Positions 25,009-32,000 of a DNA stretch of 32,000 nucleotides are shown here, piece by piece. The translations under genes and the position numbers were made by a program. Source of the DNA: Candidatus Saccharimonadota bacterium (GTDB lineage: Bacteria > Pseudomonadota > Gammaproteobacteria > Johnevansiales > Johnevansiaceae); the NCBI RefSeq assembly GCF_902713755.1, contig NZ_LR744089.1; one strand, written 5' to 3'. Numbering within the stretch: the first letter of the stretch is position 1; the number at the start of each line of letters is the position of its first letter. The notes under the pieces were generated by a model that searched no databases, was not told where the DNA came from, and worked only from the letters and a program-made list of their open reading frames with translations.

Positions 25009-26394
25009 ATGATTAATAATTTACAAATAGTACCTATTATTTTTTTATTTATAACATTAATAATATTAATTATTAATATATCATTTTATCGTAATAATTT
25101 TATTATATTTATAATTACTATTATAGGATTATTAATATCATTATTATCTATTTTATGGATTAAACCTACTTTAATTTATCCATTAATAATAATAGATAAT
25201 TATTCATTATATTATACTTTTTTAATTTTAATATCAGCTTTATATTGTTCGATTTTTTATTATACATATTTAAATAAAACTGAAGAATTTTATATGTTAG
25301 TAATATGTTCAACTATTGGAGCTATATTATTAGTTTTTAGCATGCATATGGCTACTTTATTTATTGGATTAGAATTAATGTCTATAGCTTTATATGGTTT
25401 AATAGTTTATTTACGTAATGATTTAAAAGCTTTGGAATCAGGAATAAAATATATGGTACTTTCTTCTATGGCATCTTGTTTTTTATTATTTGGTATGGCT
25501 TTATTATATTTTTATTATGGAAATTTAACGTTTACTAATTATTATTTTATAATTGATAATAATATTGCAATCTGGACAATAATAGGAATTGTATTAATAA
25601 TAATTAGTTTAGGATTTAAATTATCTATTATACCTTTTCATATGTATACCCCAGATATTTATGAAGGATCAATAGCCCCAATTACAGCTTTTATAGCTAC
25701 TGTTAGTAAAATTTCAGTATTTGTAGCATTAATACGTTTGTTATTGATATTACCCAAGTTAAATAAATTTTTGAATAGTGTAATCACTATAATTTCTATT
25801 ATTACAATAATATTTGGTAATATTTTAGCACTTAAACAAAATAATTTTAAACGTATATTAGGTTATTCATCAATAGCTAATTTTGGTTATTTACTTACAG
25901 TAATCATTGCGATGCAAATGCATCATAGTAAATTTATACTTGAAACAATAAATATTTACTTATTAACTTATACTTTAACAACTTTAGGTATATTTGGTAT
26001 TATAAGTATAATAAATAATGAAAATGAAAAGTTATCTTATTATAAAGGTTTATTTTGGATTAAACCAGATTTAACTATTATATTAACTATAATGTTATTA
26101 TCTTTAGCAGGTATTCCTATAACAGCTGGTTTTATAGGTAAATTTTATATATTTTTAACTGCAATAAATTATCAATTATGGTTTATACTTATATCTATAA
26201 GTTTAGGTAATTTTATAGGAATTTATTATTATTTAAGAATAATTTCATATTTATATATGAATATAAATAAGAAAAAAATTATTTATAATAAAAAATCTTT
26301 TGTTTATTATTTTGTTATATCTTTATCAATAATAATATTATTATTTGGAATTTTTCCACAAAGGTTAATATCTTTAATAAGAATAATTAGTTAA
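25009..26394 (+). CDS. nuoN: NADH-quinone oxidoreductase subunit N
   Basis: 461 aa, antiporter-like (GLEL.S...Y.L; K....PFH.YTPD.YEG; LGYSSIAN.GY). It is the last gene of the nuo cluster. Confidence 0.9.
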   Translation: MINNLQIVPIIFLFITLIILIINISFYRNNFIIFIITIIGLLISLLSILWIKPTLIYPLIIIDNYSLYYTFLILISALYCSIFYYTYLNKTEEFYMLVICSTIGAILLVFSMHMATLFIGLELMSIALYGLIVYLRNDLKALESGIKYMVLSSMASCFLLFGMALLYFYYGNLTFTNYYFIIDNNIAIWTIIGIVLIIISLGFKLSIIPFHMYTPDIYEGSIAPITAFIATVSKISVFVALIRLLLILPKLNKFLNSVITIISIITIIFGNILALKQNNFKRILGYSSIANFGYLLTVIIAMQMHHSKFILETINIYLLTYTLTTLGIFGIISIINNENEKLSYYKGLFWIKPDLTIILTIMLLSLAGIPITAGFIGKFYIFLTAINYQLWFILISISLGNFIGIYYYLRIISYLYMNINKKKIIYNKKSFVYYFVISLSIIILLFGIFPQRLISLIRIIS

Positions 26395-27210
26395 ATTTAA
26401 ATATATACTACCATCAAATACTTGTTTAACATATCCACTCATATATAAAGGATTAGATAATCCTCCTAACCAATTAATTTTTAACTTACCTCCAGTTAAT
26501 ATTACTTTAATACTTTTGTTTCTATTTAAATACCCAAGTTTTATACCCATTGATACAGCTGCACAAGCCCCTGTTCCACAAGCCTTTGTTTCTCCTCCTA
26601 CCCCTCTTTCAAATACACGTAATTTTATTAAAGAAGGAGTTATTATTTGCATAAAACCAACATTTGTTTTTTCTGTAATAAATAAATTATTCTCAATAAA
26701 ATTTCCTAATATATTTATAGGTATTGTATTTATATTAGATATTATTAATATTGCATGTGGGTTACCAATACTTACTATAAATAAATTCAGTACTTTAAAT
26801 TTAGATATATTCGTTTTTATTTTTTTAAAACCTTTAAATAAAGGTGTTCCCATATTTACACTAATTAAATTATTATTATTAATATATAAAATTAAATGTC
26901 CTCCATAAGTTTCTACATGTATTATTTTTTTTTTTGTTAATCTTTTTTCAAATAAAAATTTAGCTAAGCATCTTGCACCATTACCACAATTTTCTACTTC
27001 AATACCATTTGCATTAAATATTCTATAAAAAAAATCAAATTTCTGATTATTATGTTTTTCAACTAAAAGTAATTGATCAAAACCAACTCCTAAATTTCTA
27101 TTTGATAAATAGTTTATCAATTTTTTATTTAATAAAAAATATTGATTAATAAAATCAATTATCATAAAATCATTTCCTAAACCTTGCAATTTACTAAAAT
27201 AAATTAACAT
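26374..27210 (-). CDS. dapF: diaminopimelate epimerase
   Basis: 278 aa with F.K..GLGNDFM..D, LGVGFDQLL.VE, YRIFNA.G.EVE.CGNGARC and ERGVG.T.ACGTGACA. Confidence 0.94.
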   Translation of the reverse strand: MLIYFSKLQGLGNDFMIIDFINQYFLLNKKLINYLSNRNLGVGFDQLLLVEKHNNQKFDFFYRIFNANGIEVENCGNGARCLAKFLFEKRLTKKKIIHVETYGGHLILYINNNNLISVNMGTPLFKGFKKIKTNISKFKVLNLFIVSIGNPHAILIISNINTIPINILGNFIENNLFITEKTNVGFMQIITPSLIKLRVFERGVGGETKACGTGACAAVSMGIKLGYLNRNKSIKVILTGGKLKINWLGGLSNPLYMSGYVKQVFDGSIYLNLTNYSY

Positions 27211-28468
27211 ATTCTTTTTTCCAAAGTGATTTTAAAGAATCAGATTCTCTGATTACAAAAATTTGATTTTTATCAACAAGTAATTCAGAAGGTCTTTTTC
27301 TAGTATTATAATTAGAAGACATAACAAATCCATAAGCTCCAACTGACTGTATTACTAATAAATCATTTTGTGATAATTTATTTAAATATCTTTTTTTTCC
27401 TAAAAAATCACTAGATTCACATATTGGACCTACAATATCATAAAATAAATTTTTATAATATTTTACTTTATTAATATCTACAACATCAATGTTATGCCAA
27501 GCATTATAAAAAGCAGGACGAATAAAATCATTCATACCTGCATCTACAATAGCGAAATTTTTTATTTTTGTTTTTTTTATAATTTCAACTCTAGTTAATA
27601 ATACACCAGTATTAGCTAATATTGATCTACCTGGTTCTAATATTATTTCAATATTATGAATATTAGCTAATATTCTTTCACATAAAGTTGTAAAATATTT
27701 TTTTATTAAAAATTGATATAAATTTATTTTTTTATAATTTACTCCTAAACCTCCACCTATATCTAATATATTAAGTTTAATTTTTTTTTTATATAATTTT
27801 TTTATTAAGAAAATTATATTATCTAAAGCTTCTATAAATGGATTTATGTTTAATATTTGTGAACCAATATGAAAATCTATACCTATAATTTTTATATTTG
27901 TTAATGAATTAGCATAAACATATGCTTCTTCGGCTTTATCTATAGAAATACCAAATTTATTGCTTTTTAATCCAGTAGAAATATATGGATGTGTTTTAGC
28001 ATCAACATTAGGATTAATACGTATTGATATATTTGCTTTATTTTTTAATCTTATAGCAATTGAATTTATTCTATCCATCTCTTGAAAAGATTCAACATTA
28101 AAACATTTTATTCCTACTTTTAACGCTCTTTTTATTTCTTGTTTTTTTTTAGCTACTCCAGAATAAACTATTTTTTTAGGATCACCTCCAGCAATTAATA
28201 CTTTTTCTAATTCACCAATAGAAACAATATCAAATCCAGATCCAAGTTTTGATAAAATATTAATAATAGCAATATTAGAATTAGCTTTAAGTGCATAACA
28301 AATAATATTTGGATGATTTATCAAAGATAATTGATATTTATAATAATTAAAATATTTTATTATTTCTTTTTTAGAATAAACATAACAAGGTGTACCAAAT
28401 TTGTTTGCTATTTTCAAACAACTAATATTTTCTATAAAAAGAATACCTTTATATCTTTTAAATGTCAT
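27194..28468 (-). CDS. lysA: diaminopimelate decarboxylase
   Basis: 424 aa, a PLP fold-III decarboxylase, with YALKANSN, GSGFD.VS.GE, DIGGGLGV, EPGR and CES.D. It overlaps dapF by 17 nt. Confidence 0.93.
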   Translation of the reverse strand: MTFKRYKGILFIENISCLKIANKFGTPCYVYSKKEIIKYFNYYKYQLSLINHPNIICYALKANSNIAIINILSKLGSGFDIVSIGELEKVLIAGGDPKKIVYSGVAKKKQEIKRALKVGIKCFNVESFQEMDRINSIAIRLKNKANISIRINPNVDAKTHPYISTGLKSNKFGISIDKAEEAYVYANSLTNIKIIGIDFHIGSQILNINPFIEALDNIIFLIKKLYKKKIKLNILDIGGGLGVNYKKINLYQFLIKKYFTTLCERILANIHNIEIILEPGRSILANTGVLLTRVEIIKKTKIKNFAIVDAGMNDFIRPAFYNAWHNIDVVDINKVKYYKNLFYDIVGPICESSDFLGKKRYLNKLSQNDLLVIQSVGAYGFVMSSNYNTRKRPSELLVDKNQIFVIRESDSLKSLWKKEYVNLF

Positions 28469-28472
28469 TTTA

Positions 28473-29867
28473 TTATCCTAATAAAATTTTAAGATATTTT
28501 TTAGCACGTAGTGCCGCCGATCTTACTTGATTAGGAGCTGTACCACCAATATGATTACGTGTATTAATAGAACCTTCTAACGTTAATACTTCTAAAATTT
28601 CTTCATCAATTTTATTATAAAATTCACGTAATTTTTCAATATATATTTCATTAAAATTTTTTTTGTTTATTATTCCATAATAAACTACTTTTCCAACTAT
28701 AGAATGAGCATCACGAAAAGGAACACCACGTTTTACTAAATAATCAGCAAAATCTGTTGCTGTAGAATAATTACCTAAAGCTGATAAATACATTTTTTGT
28801 GGTTTAATTTTTAAATATTTAATAATATTAATAAAATTATCTATACAATTTATTACTGTTTCAGTAGTATCAAATAAAGGTTCTTTATCTTCTTGATTAT
28901 CTTTATTATAGGCTAATGGTTGTGATTTCATTAAAACTAATAAATTTAATAAATTTCCATATATACGACCTGTTTTACCTCTAATTAATTCAGGAATATC
29001 TGGATTTTTTTTTTGAGGCATAATTGAAGAACCAGTGCATAAACAATCTGGTAATTCTATAAAATCAAAATGTAAACTTGTCCATAATATTAATTCTTCA
29101 CACATTCTAGATAAATGCATTAATAAAATACTAGAAAATGATGTAAATTCAATTGCAAAATCTCTATCACTTACAGCATCTAAAGAATTTTCGGTTATAT
29201 GATCAAAACCTAATAAGTCTTTAATTATATTACGATTAATAGGATATGTAGTTCCAGCTAAAGCTGCTGATCCTAAAGGCAATATATTAATTCTTTTACG
29301 ACATTCTAAAATACGTAAATGATCTCTAGATATCATTTCATGCCAAGCTAATACATGATGTCCAAAAGTAATAGGTTGTGCTATTTGTAAGTGTGTATAT
29401 CCTGGCATTATAGTATCAGATTCACTTATAGCTAAGTTTATTAAAATTTTTCTTAATTTAGTTAGTTTTAATTTAATTTTATCTATTTTTTCTCTTAAAT
29501 AAAGACGTATATCTGTGGATATTTGATCATTACGTGATCTGCCTGTATGCAGTTTTTTGCCAATATTTCCTATTTTGTTGATTAAATTTACTTCGATATT
29601 CATATGTATATCTTCAAGTTTAATAAACCAATTTATTTTTTCATTATTAATATCTTTTTCAATATTTTTTAATCCATTAATTATTAATTTACTTTCTTTT
29701 AAAGTTAACAATCCTACAATTTCTAACATTTTTGCATGTGCTATAGATACTTTAATATCATGCGAATAAAGACGATAATCAAAATTTATTGAAGCAGTAA
29801 ATTTTTCTACTAATTTATCAGTAGATTTTTTAAATCGTCCACTCCATGGTTTTTTAAAGTTTTTCAT
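28473..29867 (-). CDS. argH: argininosuccinate lyase
   Basis: 464 aa with WSGRF, HTGRSRNDQ, and the fumarate-lyase signature GSSIMPQKKNPD. Confidence 0.95.
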   Translation of the reverse strand: MKNFKKPWSGRFKKSTDKLVEKFTASINFDYRLYSHDIKVSIAHAKMLEIVGLLTLKESKLIINGLKNIEKDINNEKINWFIKLEDIHMNIEVNLINKIGNIGKKLHTGRSRNDQISTDIRLYLREKIDKIKLKLTKLRKILINLAISESDTIMPGYTHLQIAQPITFGHHVLAWHEMISRDHLRILECRKRINILPLGSAALAGTTYPINRNIIKDLLGFDHITENSLDAVSDRDFAIEFTSFSSILLMHLSRMCEELILWTSLHFDFIELPDCLCTGSSIMPQKKNPDIPELIRGKTGRIYGNLLNLLVLMKSQPLAYNKDNQEDKEPLFDTTETVINCIDNFINIIKYLKIKPQKMYLSALGNYSTATDFADYLVKRGVPFRDAHSIVGKVVYYGIINKKNFNEIYIEKLREFYNKIDEEILEVLTLEGSINTRNHIGGTAPNQVRSAALRAKKYLKILLG

Positions 29868-29901
29868 TTTTTTCCTTTTTTTTTTTGATATTATAATATT
29901 A

Positions 29902-29974
29902 ACCGGAGTAGCTCAATTGGTAGAGCAACGCATTCGTAATGCGAAGGTAATAGGTTCAATTCCTATCTCCGGTA
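29902..29974 (+). tRNA. tRNA-Thr (anticodon CGU)
   Basis: A hand-folded cloverleaf of 73 nt. The acceptor is ACCGGAG/CTCCGGT and the anticodon loop is TTCGTAA. Positions 8-65 are nearly identical to my recollection of E. coli thrW (TAGCTCA.TTGGTAGAGCA.CGCATTCGTAATGCGAAGGT..TAGGTTC.A.TCCTAT). Confidence 0.88.
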
Positions 29975-29993
29975 TATTAATTTTATATTAATT

Positions 29994-30998
29994 TTATATT
30001 AATTTTTCATTTTTCAATTCACTTTTTAAATATGCATAATACATAGGAGCTGCGATTAAACCTGAAAAACCAAATGCAGCATCAAAAAATAACATAGCAA
30101 ATAATAATTCCCATGTATGAGAATTAATACGCCTACCTATAATACGAGCATTTAAAAAATATTCTAATTTATGAATAGCTATTAAATAAGTAAGTATTAT
30201 AACAGCAGTCCATATTGATACGGAAAGTGATACAATAAAAATTAATATATTCGAAATAAGATTACCTATTAATGGTATTAACCCCATTATAAATGTAATA
30301 AGTATTAACGTTTTCGTTAAAGGTATATATACATTAAATAAAGGCACACATAATAATAAAAAAATAGCACTTAATATTGTATTAACTAAAGATATTTTAA
30401 GTTGTGCAAAAACAACATTATGAAAAGCGTTACTTAATATAATAGATCTTTGTAATAAAGCATTAGTAAAAGGAGTAAGTGATTTTATATCAGGTAAATT
30501 TTGTAAAGCGATAATCGCTCCTAAAATCATACCTGCTAATAATGTAAAAAAAATATGTATAGCGCCTCTACCAAAAATTTGAAGTTCGTTTATATGCATA
30601 TATATAAATTCATTTATAATTTGACGAAATTCATCTGCACTTTCTGGTAAATAAATTACAATACAATGAGGTAATTGATGTCTAGCTTTATCAAAAATTA
30701 ACATAAATTTTTGAAGAAATTTATCAGGTGTTTTAATTTCATGTAATATTAAACTAATAACTGTAAAAAAAAATATACTTAAAATAGTAACTATACTAGT
30801 TCCTAATAAAACTACTGAAATAAATCTTGCTTTATTTACTGGGATTAATTTTTGTAATAAAGGTGTAATTGCATTAACTAATTCAAATACTAATAAACCA
30901 GATAATAAACATGGTAAAAGATGCAAAGGAAATATTAATAACAAACCCATAAAAAAAATTAACAAACTTATAATAGTATTTTTACTAATTTTAAACAT
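29994..30998 (-). CDS. AI-2E family (PerM/YdiK/TqsA-like) inner-membrane transporter; substrate unknown
   Basis: 334 aa with about 7-8 hydrophobic segments. Its late conserved block GLIPLIGNLISNILIFIV resembles the family P..G motif. The family call rests on pattern recognition only. Confidence 0.65.
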   Translation of the reverse strand: MFKISKNTIISLLIFFMGLLLIFPLHLLPCLLSGLLVFELVNAITPLLQKLIPVNKARFISVVLLGTSIVTILSIFFFTVISLILHEIKTPDKFLQKFMLIFDKARHQLPHCIVIYLPESADEFRQIINEFIYMHINELQIFGRGAIHIFFTLLAGMILGAIIALQNLPDIKSLTPFTNALLQRSIILSNAFHNVVFAQLKISLVNTILSAIFLLLCVPLFNVYIPLTKTLILITFIMGLIPLIGNLISNILIFIVSLSVSIWTAVIILTYLIAIHKLEYFLNARIIGRRINSHTWELLFAMLFFDAAFGFSGLIAAPMYYAYLKSELKNEKLI

Positions 30999-31010
30999 AT
31001 AAATATTCCT

Positions 31011-31955
31011 TTAAAATAAAGAGGGTAATTTTTTATTACAACGAGAAACTAAAATATCTCTATATTTTTTAGGTTCTTTAGGTATTAAATTATGAGCAAC
31101 AGGAAAAATATTTATTACTAATAAACGAGAAATCCAATATCTTAGAGCTGTTAATCGTAACATTTTGGGCCAAATATCTAATTCTTTTTTTGTAAAAGGA
31201 CGTTCAATAATATAATTATTTAATATTGCTTTATATTTATATTCTATAATATTACCATATTTATCACTACACCAATCATTTATTAAAATTGCTAAATCAA
31301 AAATTAAATCTCCTGTACATGCGTTATAAAAATCTATTAAACCACAAAGATTGTTACCATAAAATAATGTATTATCTCTAAATAAATCACCATGCAAAAT
31401 ACCTTGTGGTAATTGTTTTTCTTTTACTAAATGTTTTAATAAATATATTTGATTAAACATTAAATTTTGATCTTTTTTATTTAAAAAAGATATAACTTTA
31501 TAATAATTTAAAAGAATCCAATTAATATCTCTTAAATTTTGTTTTTTTAATTTAAAGTTTTTAGATATTGAATGTAATCTACCTAATGTTTTACCAATTA
31601 TAGAACATTGTTCTATATTAGGTGTTATAGGATGTATACCATATAATTTAGGAAACAATAAAGCATTTTTACCAGATAATTTTTTTATTATTATATTATT
31701 TTTATCATTTAAAGGTAATGCTACTGGCAAACAATGTGAATAAAGAAATTTTAATAAATCTATAAAAAAAGTTAAATCATTATATTCACATTGTTCAAAT
31801 AATGTTAATACAAATTTTTTATTTTCTGTATTAATAAAAAAAGTAGAATTTTCTGTACCTTGATTTACTTCTTTAAATTTTATTAATTTTTTTATATTAA
31901 AACTTTTTAAAAATAAACTTAATTGTTTTTTTTTTATTTTAGTAAATACAGCCAT
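31011..31955 (-). CDS. thrB: homoserine kinase, APH-fold (Pseudomonas-type / type II ThrB)
   Basis: 314 aa. The N-terminus MAVFTKI...L..FL..F.I......F..V.QGTENSTFF......KFVLTLFE parallels my recollection of Pseudomonas ThrB (MSVFTPL...GSENSNFFV..EHGEFVLTLVE). It has the phosphotransferase catalytic motif HGDLFRDN and a downstream IDFY. Confidence 0.85.
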   Translation of the reverse strand: MAVFTKIKKKQLSLFLKSFNIKKLIKFKEVNQGTENSTFFINTENKKFVLTLFEQCEYNDLTFFIDLLKFLYSHCLPVALPLNDKNNIIIKKLSGKNALLFPKLYGIHPITPNIEQCSIIGKTLGRLHSISKNFKLKKQNLRDINWILLNYYKVISFLNKKDQNLMFNQIYLLKHLVKEKQLPQGILHGDLFRDNTLFYGNNLCGLIDFYNACTGDLIFDLAILINDWCSDKYGNIIEYKYKAILNNYIIERPFTKKELDIWPKMLRLTALRYWISRLLVINIFPVAHNLIPKEPKKYRDILVSRCNKKLPSLF

Positions 31956-32000
31956 ATTTATTTTAATATATATTTAATAGTTTCAATTAAATAATTCATT

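Overview
This window is a densely packed, extremely AT-rich chromosome segment, well under 25% G+C by eye, with proteins rich in I, K and N. It looks like a strongly reduced endosymbiont genome and uses the standard code: TGA ends gyrB at its conserved C-terminus and Trp is encoded by TGG. I found no mobile elements, CRISPR arrays, defence islands or other accessory cargo, and no novel multi-gene system that I can support. The content is housekeeping: mnmG(partial)-mnmE-yidC-rnpA-rpmH diverging from dnaN-gyrB, a tRNA(CAU), glyS-glyQ, ilvA, fpr, a complete nuoA-N operon with fused nuoCD, then dapF-lysA-argH, tRNA-Thr(CGU), an AI-2E family permease and an APH-type homoserine kinase. From memory, three things point to gammaproteobacterial ancestry of the Pseudomonadales/Oceanospirillales type. 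These are the gene order (Pseudomonas-like rpmH|dnaA-dnaN-recF-gyrB followed by glyS-glyQ), the fused nuoCD and the Pseudomonas-type ThrB. This is inference, not a database result. The notable points are structural. dnaA and recF are cleanly missing from a conserved origin-proximal block, and YidC is cut down to its core. Two pairs of exact 33-38 nt in-frame direct repeats are shared between unrelated genes. There are in-frame and intergenic microsatellites, and coding regions overlap each other and a tRNA gene tail-to-tail. CDS coordinates follow the ORF track and include stop codons. My own base counting in homopolymer runs may be off by 1 nt.
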